In this document: positions 1 through 11,142 of the stretch, in pieces
How positions within the stretch are numbered: position 1 is the first letter of the stretch
How the letters are laid out: every line of letters begins with the position of its first letter
Assembly: GCF_006345805.1 (NCBI RefSeq)
Contig: NC_043007.1
Span: 55,428,001 to 55,492,000, forward strand
Reading direction: 5' to 3'
DNA from: Octopus sinensis
Taxonomy: Eukaryota
DNA: 64,000 bases
The notes under the pieces: generated by a model
The model's database searches: none
The model's input: the letters and a program-made list of their open reading frames with translations, nothing else
What the model was told of the DNA's origin: nothing
Position numbers and translations under genes: made by a program

Positions 1-1490
1 ATCGCCGAAGAATATAAGGCAGGAAAGGCGACACTAGGCAGTAATGATGCTAGGTATTCAAAAGATCAGAGAATCCGGGAAACCCCTCCATAGGTACGAA
101 ACAGAAAAGGAAATGGAAGGCGGAAGAGGGCAGAATATCATGGAAGGAACTTTGGGCTTGGGAACAAGCAAGAACATCCTCCTGATCAAGTTTACCTTCG
201 CCGTTCTACCCTCACCGGCGAACTTAGTCCGGTGGAAACATAAAAACAACCGATGAGTGCAGATGCGGAGAGAAAGCCGACAGTTAGACATGTTCTGTCA
301 GGTTGCAGACCTAGCATTTGAAAGATATACATGGCGGCATAATCAAGTCCTCGGCGTCATAACGCAGCACTCAAGGAGAAGATCGAGAGGTACAATAGGG
401 GAGAGTACCCAAAAGTAGAAAAGCGCAGGAAAGTATACTTCCACAAGGAGGGAAAAGATTATAAAACCAGACCTACAAGTAAAGTATACGAGATGGACGA
501 AAGATGGAAGGGATACTGGGAGGTGGCCACGGACTTGGAAAGACAAGCAATTTTCCCACTAATTAAAACAACAAAAAGACCAGATTTAGTTCTATGGAAC
601 AGAGATCGGAGAATGGGAATTTTACTATAACTGACAGTATCTTGGGAAGAGAACATAGGCAATGCAGAGGAACGAAAGAAGATGTATGAAAAGCTAATCG
701 AAGAATGCAGAGAACAGGGATGGAATGTCGAATATTATCACCTGGCAGTGGGGGCTAGAGGCTTCATTGAAAAGAAAATGACAACGCTTTTCAAAAGAAG
801 ATTTGTTTTTTCTAGCCCCGAGCTGCGTAAACTAATAAGGGGAGTACAGGAGGTGGTAAAAAAAGCCAGCTTCTATATATGGCTGAAGCGGGAAGACCGA
901 AAATAGCTTGAAAATCATAAACACGCCGACGGGAAATAAAATCATTAGGTGAAACAAGCTGACTGAAGCAGCTTCGCTGACTGACAGGTGACGGTCGTTT
1001 AGAAAAAGCGCGGGCTGAAACTATGCGCCTTCACTAGTCAATTAAGGTGAGATAGTGTCACATGACAACTTGCTGGGTTGCCTGCTGACAGGTGACGGTC
1101 GTTTAGAAAAAGCGCGGGCTAAAACTACGCGCCTTCACTAGTCAGTTGAGGTGAGACAGTGTCACGTGACAACTTCCTGGGGATGCCTGCTGGAGCCTAT
1201 ACGGTAGGTATTTAAAGAGAAAAATTTGACAAGACAGTCAGTCACCAGCTGACACTTGCTGACAATACATCAAAGAGGTCAGGGAACAGAAGAAAGAAGA
1301 CACGCACCCAACACCAGAAGCTGAAGACACCTCCGAAGGGGGGGGGGGGGAGGGCAAGCGTCAAAACGGTAGAGGAGTAGGGGCCGAAACCGGACGTGGT
1401 TCCTCCTGATGATGTCTTGAGCTAACTGGATCCCATAAAGGAGCTGTTGTGGTAGCAGACCACGAAACACAGTTGAATTTCCTCCTCATC
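1..1490 (+). mobile_element. 3' end of a decayed non-LTR retrotransposon with restriction-like endonuclease (HERO-like); coding remnant 1-906, then 3' UTR
   Basis: Read across frameshifts: CxC..RHVLSGC zinc knuckle, RYTWRHNQVL, KRPDLVLW, LTVSWEENIGNAEERK, then ORF 682-906 YEKLIEECREQGWNVEYYHLAVGARGF. These are REL (PD..E..K) endonuclease motifs. Stops and frameshifts present. Confidence 0.8.
981..1189 (+). repeat. Tandem duplication of a ~104-bp unit in the LINE 3' UTR
   Basis: ctgacaggtgacggtcgtttagaaaaagcgcggg...tgcctg at 981-1084 and again at 1085-1189, with a few substitutions. Confidence 0.95.
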
Positions 1491-1509
1491 GCTATCATAT
1501 TGAAACCTA

Positions 1510-1915
1510 TTTTTTTTTCAATATCTTGGGTGATAAAAAAGACAAAACTAGAAAATTTAAAACTTAGAATGGTTGATGGATGAATGTTTTGTAGGCAGTA
1601 AGTTTAAAAGTGGTTTGAAGTAAATTTAAGTAACCATTGATAAAAATCATTGATCAAAATCAAAGTTATCAACTGCTGAAATATGGTGCGAAAGTTTAGT
1701 GGTACTCTCAAAAGTTTTTTTTCATATCTGGGTGATAAAAAAGACAAAAATAGAAAATTGATAAAGTAGAATGGTGATGGATGAATGTTTTGTAGGCAGT
1801 AAGTTTAAAAGTGGTTTGAAGTAAATTTAAGTAACCATTGATAAAAATCATTGATCAAAATCAAAGTTATCAACTGCTGAAATATGGTGCGAAAGTTTAG
1901 TGGTACTCTCAAAAG
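1510..1915. repeat. Tandem duplication of a ~203-bp unit
   Basis: 1510-1714 and 1715-1915 are near-identical, both ending ggtactctcaaaag. Confidence 0.95.
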
Positions 1916-2765
1916 GTAAAGGCAGCCAGTCAAATTCGCAAGCAAACACCATCATTTCTAATTGGTTTGTAAGATTTTCTCTGAGAAAACTGAAATAATC
2001 AAAAATATCATCAATGTTCAAATATAATGTCAAATGATATTAAAAGCTAATTTTTTTCCAGAAAAATTGGCAGTTTAGAGAATTTACAAAGTTAATATTG
2101 CAGTTCATTTCATGACGCAAGAAGTTGTAGATCTGAGAAATAAAATTTGTTTATTCAATTTCTAATTGCTTAGTGCAATACAATTCAACTTATTGCAGTA
2201 AATCATTAAAACGGTTATTACACATATCTCGTGCATGTTTAGTTTCAGTTTAGTTCCAGTATAAAACAGAGAAAAGTAAAGATTTCTGTTGCAGGTTCGC
2301 AAGTCTCTGAATGAGGCGAGAGTGACTCTTCTATATTTTACCAACGTGACTGGTCGATTTATGATGTTAATTTTTAAGCAATTGTATCTTGAGTTTGTAT
2401 TATATGACTGTATGGGTTTCTACTTACTGCTAAGTTAGATACAAAATTTATTTAACCAAGAGGCAGATAATGAATTACAATAGTTTTATCATATATAAAG
2501 GTCTCAACTCCTGTGCCTCCTGTGTTCTGTTGCTTAGAAACATAATATATGTGTGTATGTGATAGGACAAGCCTTTGCTAGTACAGAAGCCGCTACAGAA
2601 GTAAATGTTAACGCATTGACATAAAAGTAGCTTACAGTGGATTGAATTGATCCCAGTAAAGATTCTTACATAACTGTCTACGAATGAGAAGATACTGCCC
2701 TGAGTATTTGAACCCAAGTTAACATCAAATATAGGAAACAACCCAGTGTAATATTCTTCTATGCA

Positions 2766-2945
2766 TGCAGCCATGCTGGAGCACCACCTTTAGTCGAACA
2801 AATCGACCCTAAGACTTATTCTTTGTAAGCCTGGTACTTATATATCGGCCTCTTGCGCCGTACCGCTAAGTTACGGGGACGTAAACACACCAACATCAGT
2901 TGTCATGCGATGGTGGGAGGCCAAACACAGACTCACAAATACACA

Positions 2946-2994
<49 letters not shown>

Positions 2995-3167
2995 ATATAT
3001 ATACGACGGACTTCTTTCATTTTCCGTCTATCAAATCCACTCACAAGGACTTGGTCGGCCGGAGGCTTTAGTAGTAGACACTTTCCCAATGTGCCATGCA
3101 GTGGGACTGAACCCAGAACTATGTTGTTGGGACGCAAGCTTCTTACTACACAGTCCCTCTTGCGCCT
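2766..3167 (-). mobile_element. tRNA-derived SINE, family A (internal microsatellite)
   Basis: Minus strand has a tRNA-like head with B-box ggttcagtccc, a body with (TA)/(TG) repeats, and the tail taacttagcgg...ggtgctccagcatggc. Many homologous copies in this window. Confidence 0.85.
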
Positions 3168-3182
3168 AAATATATATATATG

Positions 3183-3214
<32 letters not shown>

Positions 3215-3364
3215 TGTATGTATATAGATACACCCCCCACGCATATATATTTGTATATATAAGTATGTTGGTGCAAACAGGAAAAATAAACTCAAAATAC
3301 AAGTACAGTGTACCCCCACTTATTCGCGGTTCGGCATTCGCGGTCCCAGTTATTCGGTGTGTGG

Positions 3365-3366
<2 letters not shown>

Positions 3367-3409
<43 letters not shown>

Positions 3410-3474
3410 CATTATTATCATTATTATTATTATTATATTATTATTATTATTATTATTATTATATTATTATTATA

Positions 3475-3518
<44 letters not shown>

Positions 3519-3525
3519 TATTATT
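3367..3525. repeat. (TAT)n microsatellite inside the Tigger element
   Basis: Direct reading. Confidence 0.95.
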
Positions 3526-5500
3526 AATATAGATTACTAAGTTTTTCAAAACCATACATCTCTGCTCAATCTCACATTGGGTGTATTAGACGAAAAGAAG
3601 ATATTGTTGTACGTTTTGGGGAAAAAACTGCATCCAGTAGCTATCTTGGGTGTTTTGTTGAGTGTTCTGATTTTTCGCAGCATCTTATTAAAGTCCTAAG
3701 ATGCCACCCAAATGCTCTACACCTTTTAAGGCTTCTGGTAGTGAATCTAAGCGCCAGAAAAAGGTTATGACGTCTCATGAGAAGGTACAACTGCTGGATA
3801 TGCTCCAGGAAGGTAAAAGTTATGCTGCAGCAAGACGCTGTTATGATGTCAATTAAAGCACTATACACTACGTAAAGAAGAACGAGGTAGCGATCATGTC
3901 TACCGTAGCAACAAATTTCTGTGAAAGTGCCAAAACGATAACGATAGTGAGAAATAAGCACTTGGTCAGGATGGAATCTATCTTGGTATTGTGGATCAGT
4001 AACTACAATAAGAAAAACATTCCCTTGACTGATAACATCCGCGAGAAAGTGCGGAAATTATAAGTAGTTCGACAAAGGAAGCGGAGCAGAATGCATCGAA
4101 GAACCGCAACCAAGACCATTGACACCACCGGAGCCCGAAGATTTTCAAGCTAGTAAGGGATGGTTTGACCGTTTTCAGAAACGGTTTAAAATAAAGTGTT
4201 TCCCGGCATGGAGAGATAATATCAGCCGACAAAGAAGCCGCCGAGAAGTACTTTCAGACCTTCAGGCAGATCATCGAGGACAAGAGATACAAGCCGGAAC
4301 AGATTTTCAATATAGACCTGTTCTAGAAGAAGATGCCTTCCAGAACGTACATCAAGGACGAAGCCAGAGCCTCAGGATTTAAGGCACAGAAGGACAGAGT
4401 GACGCTAATTATGTGTAGCAATGCTGCTGGATTCATGATAAAACCAGGTCTTATCTACAAGTCAGCGAAGCCGAAGACCTTCAAAAATAAGAATAAAAAC
4501 CTTCTGCTTGTCCACTGGATGCGCAAGCCCAAGGTCTGAATTACCAAAAGTCTAACTTTGAATTGGTTCCACCATAGCTTCATCCCTCAAGCCAAGGAAT
4601 ACCTTCAAAATGTATGCATGGAATTCAAGGTGGTCACTCTTTCGATTTGAATCACGAGGGAGTCCAAGTCGAGTTCCTCCCTGCTAACACCACCTTCCTC
4701 ATCCAGCCTATGGATCAAAGCACTTTTCACTCGGACCCCCTTGTAGACGCAATGGATTCAGGCGAGAATTTCAAGTTAAAGGAGTACTGGCGTAACCTCA
4801 CGATCGTAACGTGCCTTTCTCTTAAAGACATGAAAAAAGAAACCCTCATCGCATGCTGGAAGAAGGTGTGACCAGAGCATGTCCAGGACTACGAGGGCTT
4901 CTCAGCTGAAGATATTCAGAACGAGGCTGTCAACAATGCAGTAAAACTGGCAAAGGTACTTGGAGGCGATGGTTTTGACGACATCACGCAAGACGAGGTC
5001 AACAATCTCATGGATGCCCACTCTGAAACGCTGACAGACGAAGGTTTGTTGGAGTTAACTATGTCTGCCAGCGAAGAGGAGGAGGATGAGGTGGGCCAGA
5101 CAATCGAACGTCTGTCCGATCTTTAAAGGACAGCAAAGAAATTGCAAGGGATGGCGGAAGCATGGGATCCATATACGGTTCGGTCTCTCCAATTTAAAAA
5201 TACCATCGATGCTGCCATGCAAGCATAAAATTCTCCTCACCACCATGAAGAAACAACGATAGCAACTTCCCATCACAATGTTTCTCAAACCCACAAAGAG
5301 AATCTTGCAGGAACATACATCCCCTAAAACACCTGAAGAAGAGGCGTCACCTGAAGTGCTTTAAATCTTTGCTGTGCAGTCATTACCTTCATTATTTTCA
5401 TCATCGTCGTCTTGAATCAATATCATTCATTATTGATGAGTAATTGTACATTTTACTTTATTTTTTATGTATCCTAAATTTGCAGAGGGATTTGTCGTTG

Positions 5501-5573
5501 GGTCAGTTTAGCTTAAAAGTAAAGCACTGGACGCGTAATCGCAGGGATGTGAGTTCGAGTCTCGTGGCTGGCC
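5501..5573 (+). pseudogene. tRNA-like sequence (Thr-CGT-like pseudo-tRNA or SINE head)
   Basis: Cloverleaf by eye: acceptor GGTCAGT/GCTGGCC, D-arm GCT/AGC, anticodon loop CGCGTAA, T-loop TTCGAGT. D-loop and anticodon stem are imperfect. Confidence 0.55.
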
Positions 5574-5896
5574 GCCGACATATTTTTCTACAAAATATGT
5601 GTAGTTTATCCTGTTCATGCTATATTATTAGCATTATCCTGCATTTGAGAATAAAATTATTTCCTTATATATAATATAAAAGTTTACGCTTTATTTTGAC
5701 ATTTAAAGGCATTTTATGGACCACGTCTAATATTCACGGGTGCCATAGGAACATAACCTCCGCGAATACCGGGGGACTGCTGTATATGTATATTTTTATT
5801 AATATTTAGCAGAGGTAACAGAGTGACTCAGAGTGAGAGTGTTGTGAATTGGCACTAATAAAGTATATGGAATAAATAGAATAAAAAAAACAAACA

Positions 5897-6075
5897 CTTT
5901 TAACGACAAAATAGGAATACTCCAAAAACCATCCTTTACTAGCTCGAATAAATAGAAGAGAAAATAGTGGAAAAGGAAAAATGCTGCTCTCTTATGAAGT
6001 ATTCCTATCTTGTCGTTAAAAGGACGAAATGGGTAGTAATAAACAGTCGACAACTGATGAACGAGTTATCTTTAT
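5897..6075. repeat. Internally deleted copy of the fold-back repeat at 6349-6894
   Basis: cttttaacgacaaaataggaatact ... agtattcctatcttgtcgttaaaag form an inverted pair with the same sequence as the downstream element. Confidence 0.7.
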
Positions 6076-6245
6076 GTCTGTGTTTGTTAACCAATGCTGG
6101 TGTGTTTACGTCGCCTGTGACCTAGCAGTTCAGTAAAAAGCACCCGATAGAAAACGTACCAGGCTTAAAAATTAGTACGATTGAAATTTTCCAAGGTAGT
6201 GTTTCAGTATGGCCGCAGTCTAATGACTAAAACAAGTAAAACATA
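6076..6245 (+). mobile_element. SINE family A 3' fragment
   Basis: ggtgtgtttacgtc...tatggccgcagtctaatgactaaaacaagtaaa matches the family A tail. Confidence 0.7.
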
Positions 6246-6348
6246 AAATGTACATACATACATACATACAACAATATGCATGAGAATACATACATAAGAC
6301 AAACCATACAAACTGCATGTATACATGCATACATAAATAAAAAATACA

Positions 6349-6894
6349 CATTAAGTACAGCATATCACCAAAGAGGGATGAGTACGTAAACACACAAGAG
6401 AAAAGTACAGGACAAAATATCAAAAGGAGATAACTCACCCTTCAGTGGCCGACTGTTTGTTACTGTCCATTTCGCGCTTTTAACGACAAAATAGGAATAC
6501 TCCATAAGACAGCGGCATCCAAAAATTTTTTAAAATATGAAATTTGTGGAGAGTTAGGGCTTCGAACGAACAAACAACAACAGAGTGAACGTACAAGGTA
6601 AACAATCGAGGAAGACAAACATTAAGGACCGTTAGACCAAGACGAATTGTAATGGTAAAGCCTAGGAGAAAATTGAAAGAATCTAGAATAAATAGAAGAG
6701 AAGAAAATAGTAGAAGAGGAAAAAATGAAGTATTTCTTATGAAGTATTTCTTTCTTGCCGTTAAAAGCACGGAAGAGGTAGTAATATACAGTTGACATCT
6801 AATGAGCGAGTTATCTTTTTTGATATTTTTTCCTGTACTTTTCTCTCGTGTATTTACGTAATTTTCACTCGTTGGTGATATCCTGTACTTAATG
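6349..6894. mobile_element. Fold-back element with ~160-bp diverged inverted arms (MITE or inverted Penelope pLTR)
   Basis: 6349-6510 is the approximate reverse complement of 6735-6894 (cattaagtacag...ataagac / tcttatg...ctgtacttaatg). Confidence 0.7.
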
Positions 6895-7195
6895 CTTACT
6901 TTTAAAATTTATTTATAATTGAATGCCACGCAGTCTTGTCCGCAGTAATTACATACATAATACACTTAATTGATAGAACTTCTATTAATTCCTTGTCGGC
7001 TCCTTCGACCCGCTATTTGTCCCCAACTCCCTCTCTTCTTATTCACCTTATTTCCTTCTCATCTCCATTCGGTACTTAACTTCTCTCACCGATTCTAGCT
7101 TTATGATACCACGATCGCTTTATTTCGCTGGCATTTTCTTTAATTTCTTTTATCATACTTATACTTTCTCATATCCTCCTGATATATCGTACGTA

Positions 7196-8420
7196 CAGGA
7201 GTTGGACAAGATAATGGAAGCACTTAGCATCATAGCACCATAATTTTGAAATATCTATAAAACCGTCAAATGCTTGTTTATTTTTAAGCCTTTTAATTTA
7301 TTATTAGTGTTGCTTAATATGTTTTGCTAAAAGCATTGTTTCTTTACAGATCGTAGGAAAAAGGTAATTAAAATTCATTAAAATGACCGATCTATCAGAC
7401 TTTCAAAGAGGTCAAATTGTTTGTTCTCGTGTGGTAGGCGCTAGCGTAACGAAGACAGCTGAAATGTTTGGTGTATCAAGAAGTACTGTCTCGAAAGTAA
7501 TGACAGCTTTTGAGAAGGAGGGTAAAACCTCCTCGTCGAAACAAAACTCTGGAAGAAAACCAAAACTTTTAGATATGGACCGTCGGACTCTTACGCGAAT
7601 TATCAGAAAGGATCACAAAAGGTACAGCTCCAATATTTACTGCAGAGCTCAATGACCGCCTCGGGAACCCAGTTCCCCCTAAAACTGTTCGCCGGGAGCA
7701 GCACAAAGTCGGATTTCATAGGAGGGCTGCAATTAGAAAACCACTCCTTTCAAGAACAAACGTTTATAAGCATTTAGAGTGGAGTAAAAACCTACAGAAT
7801 TGGTCTCTAGGACAGTGGAAGAATATTATTTTCTCGGATGAGTCATCCTTTACCTTATTTCCGACCACCGGTCAAGTATACGTGTGGAGACCGCCAAAAG
7901 AAGCATTTGACCCAGACTGCCTTCTTCCAACTGTTACACATGGAGGAGGAGCTGTGATGATCTGTGGGGGTTTCAGGTCAGAATTAATAGTCAAGACTAT
8001 TTAAGCATTTTATCTGATCAAATTCATCCTATGGTTGCAGAACTATTTCCGTAGAGAAACGCAATCTTTCAGGATGATAATGCACCAATTCACACAGCTA
8101 ATGTTATTACTGAATGGAACGAGGAGCATTCTAGTGAAGTTGAACAGTCCCCAGATCTCAATATTATTGAACATTTATGGTGCATTTTAGAAAAACAAAC
8201 AAGTAAGGAGTCGATATCCGCCACCATCATCACTACAAGAACTGGAGACTGTTTTAGCTGAAGAATGGACAAAAATTCTTTTGGAAACAATTCAAACTTT
8301 GTACGAGTCTATACCACATAGAATTCAAGCCTGTAATTACTGGCAAAGGCCGTCCTACCCCATATTAAGATAAATTTGTTTGAAATTTTAAGGTGCTTCC
8401 CTTATTTTGTTCAACTCCTG
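7196..8420 (+). mobile_element. Tc1-family transposon, near full length, frameshifted transposase (7383-~8365)
   Basis: TA-flanked TIRs caggagttggacaagataatggaagcac / gtgcttcccttattttgttcaactcctg. HTH MTDLSDFQRGQIV and catalytic motifs IFSDES, FQDDNAPIH, SPDLNIIEHLW. Confidence 0.95.
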
Positions 8421-8728
8421 TATATCTACTCCTTTACTTATTTAGTTACTTAGTATTTATTTATTTATTTATTCAAGTTTTAATTTATCTGTTTATTTAG
8501 TTGTGCTTTTCTTTCATAGTACTCCAATGCATTTCTACCCCTCTCATACTTTCTTTTTTCCGTTCAGTGTTCCCATTACTACAAAACTAATTCCTTTTTC
8601 TCTCTATAGATATTCTATTCCTTCTAGCTACGTCCTTTCTTCTTCTAGTGGGCAGGATATGTTGATGTAGCCTGGCCAAAACTATATGTTATGGGTGTAT
8701 TCTACTGTATTCTACACTTTGAAATATC

Positions 8729-8805
8729 TCAGCTGAAGAAGATGTTACATGAGAGATTAATTCCTTCTCTCTTGCAAAATGATCTGAAATGTGTGTATTA
8801 ATTGC
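8729..8805 (+). ncRNA. Decayed type I hammerhead ribozyme motif
   Basis: CTGAAGA (8733-8739), AGAT...ATCT stem II with an inner gagaga/tctct hairpin, GAAA (8786-8789). Stems I and III are eroded. Confidence 0.5.
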
Positions 8806-9036
8806 GTTCACAATAGCAATATTTGGTTTGACTTTATTATTATACCTTATACGACTGTAAACTATTTTGTTTACACTGATACGCTATTAAGGATTTGAAT
8901 ATATAAAATATTACTTCTCAAAAAAAAAAAACATTTTAGAATGTGTTTTTTTCGGATTTATGGGCAACTGACCGATATATATTTTTATGAAAAAGAGACG
9001 ACAAAGGAATAAACGATTATCTTATAAACTTCATTA

Positions 9037-9110
9037 TCTTTTACAGCTGTTTTCACTCTAAGATGCGGTGGTATCATAGGTGAGTGTCTAAGTAACAACT
9101 TCATCAGAGG
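9037..9110 (-). ncRNA. Decayed type I hammerhead ribozyme motif
   Basis: Minus strand reads cct CTGATGA ... GAAA(A) CAGCTG TA. The palindromic stem III is retained; stems I and II are eroded. Confidence 0.45.
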
Positions 9111-9135
9111 CTCAAACATGAAGGGTGTGTGTGTG

Positions 9136-9199
<64 letters not shown>

Positions 9200-9207
9200 G
9201 GGTGTGT

Positions 9208-9251
<44 letters not shown>

Positions 9252-9553
9252 TTATATATATATATATATATTATATATATATATATAGTGCACTCTTCGC
9301 CTTGAATGTAATGATATATGTATTAATATATGGCGTGTACTGGTACACCGGCGATTATAATTAATTTTATTGTATCGCATTTATCTTTGTTTACATATTC
9401 TCTCGATAAATTTCTGACCGTTAGACGATATACCACAATCCCTATTTTGTCGGGTTTGTTCTGAGTCTGCGCAGTGTTTTGAATAGTTTAGAAAGAGCAT
9501 TTCGATAGACGCACATGGGTCTATTGATATGGTCTTCCCATCATTAACAGGAA

Positions 9554-9626
9554 TCTTACTGAAGAGCCAGCCTGAGTAAATAAATACTATTTTTATTACT
9601 GAATTTGGCGAAACTGCAGTATAAGA
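9554..9626 (+). ncRNA. Type I hammerhead ribozyme, copy 1
   Basis: Stem I TCTTA/TAAGA; core CTGAAGA (9559-9565); stem II GCCA...TGGC with an AT-rich extension; GAAA (9610-9613); palindromic stem III CTGCAG; GUA site, cleavage predicted after 9621. Confidence 0.9.
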
Positions 9627-9956
9627 AAAGTTAAGTTTGTAAAAGCTTTTAATTTTCATCTCACTAAATTTATCCAGCTATTGTGTATCTAGTGCACTCT
9701 TCGCCTTGAATGTAATGATATATGTATAATATATGGCGTGTACTGGTACACCGGCGATTATAATTATTTTATTGTATCGCATTTATCTTTGTTTACATAT
9801 TCTCTCGATAAATTTCTGACCGTTAGACGATATACCACAATCCCCTATTTTGTCGGGTTTGTTCTGAGTCTGCGCAGTGTTTTGAATAGTTTAGAAAGAG
9901 CATTTCGATAGACGCACATGGGTCTATTGATATGGTCTTCCCATCATTAACAGGAA

Positions 9957-10029
9957 TCTTACTGAAGAGCCAGCCTGAGTAAATAAATACTATTTTTATT
10001 ACTGAATTTGGCGAAACTGCAGTATAAGA
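9957..10029 (+). ncRNA. Type I hammerhead ribozyme, copy 2
   Basis: Same motif as copy 1; cleavage predicted after 10024. Confidence 0.9.
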
Positions 10030-10357
10030 AAAGTTAAGTTTGTAAAAGTTTTTAATTTCATCTCACTAAATTTATCCAGCTATTGTGTATCTAGTGCACT
10101 CTTCGCCTTGAATGTAATGATATATGTATAATATATGCGTGTACTGGTACACCGGCGATTATAATTAATTTTATTGTATCGCATTTATCTTTGTTTACAT
10201 ATTCTCTCGATAAATTTCTGACCGTTAGACGATATACCACAATCCCCTATTTTGTCGGGTTTGTTCTGAGTCTGCGCAGTGTTTTGAATAGTTTAGAAAG
10301 AGCATTTCGATAGACGCACAGGGTCTATTGATATGGTCTTCCCATCATTAACAGGAA

Positions 10358-10430
10358 TCTTACTGAAGAGCCAGCCTGAGTAAATAAATACTATTTTTAT
10401 TACTGAATTTGGCGAAACTGCAGTATAAGA
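10358..10430 (+). ncRNA. Type I hammerhead ribozyme, copy 3
   Basis: Same motif as copy 1; cleavage predicted after 10425. Confidence 0.9.
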
Positions 10431-10594
10431 AAAGTTAAGTTTGTAAAAGTTTTTAATTTCATCTCACTAAATTTATCCAGCTATTGTGTATCTAGTGCAC
10501 TCTTCGCCTTGAATGTAATGATATATGTATAATATATGGCGTGTACTGGTACACCGGCGATTATAATTAATTTTATTGTATCGCATTTATCTTT

Positions 10595-10663
<69 letters not shown>

Positions 10664-10669
10664 TATATG

Positions 10670-10775
<106 letters not shown>

Positions 10776-10864
10776 TATATATATATATATATATATAATA
10801 TATATATATACATATATATAATATAATATAATATAAATAAATTACAAAGGTGTACAGGTGTTAA

Positions 10865-10951
10865 TTCATTATGGCCATTTCAAGCGGCTCCATTTAATTG
10901 ATTAATGAAAACATTACATCATTTTGAAAGAAACCGTTCTCGTCAGATGAA
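10865..10951 (-). ncRNA. Type I hammerhead ribozyme of a different family
   Basis: Minus strand reads TTCAT CTGACGA GAACGGTTTC...GGAGCCGCTT GAAA TGGCCA TA ATGAA. Perfect stem I, intact core, palindromic stem III. Confidence 0.8.
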
Positions 10952-11034
10952 CGCATAGACTTCGAACATAAAGGATAAACCATTTTTTAATAAATTTACA
11001 TCAATAATAGAGACCAAAATTTTATAGTTGTGGC

Positions 11035-11142
11035 AGATTCTGAGGCTATAATAGAAGACACTTGCCCAAGGCGCCACGCAGTAGGGCTGAACACAGAACT
11101 ATAACCTTGAGAAGCAATCTTCTTACAGCCACTTCTGCGCCC
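11035..11142 (-). mobile_element. SINE family A 5' fragment
   Basis: gaagacacttgcccaaggcgccacgcagtagggctgaac...ctgcgcc. Confidence 0.75.

Larger units (their letters stand above)
3306..5782 (+). mobile_element. Tigger/pogo-like DNA transposon with decayed CENP-B/DDE transposase (~3760-5360)
   Basis: TA-flanked TIRs CAG..cccc..tattcgcgg / ccgcgaata..ggggg..CTG. Peptides FQASKGWFDRFQKRF, MPSRTYI...GFKAQKDRVTLIMCSNAAG and VEFLPANTTFLIQPMDQ. Confidence 0.9.
9287..10599 (+). mobile_element. Head-to-tail array (~3.3 copies) of a 401-404-nt HHR-containing unit (retrozyme/Penelope-pLTR-like), embedded in (TA)n
   Basis: Units start agtgcactcttcgcc at 9287, 9691, 10093 and 10494. Copies differ by only a few indels/substitutions. 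(TA)n lies on both sides. Confidence 0.9.

Noticed and set aside
981-1189. Possible hammerhead in the 104-bp tandem unit (CTGACAG...GAAA)
   Set aside because: The core is not CUGANGA and stem I does not close.
9381-9659. 92-aa minus-strand ORF within the 402-nt unit
   Set aside because: No recognisable motif, and indels in copies 2 and 3 disrupt it, so it is probably a chance ORF.
9287-10599. CRISPR array or plain satellite interpretation of the tandem array
   Set aside because: There are no unique spacers and the context is eukaryotic. The per-unit ribozyme and (TA)n flanks fit a retroelement better than a satellite.
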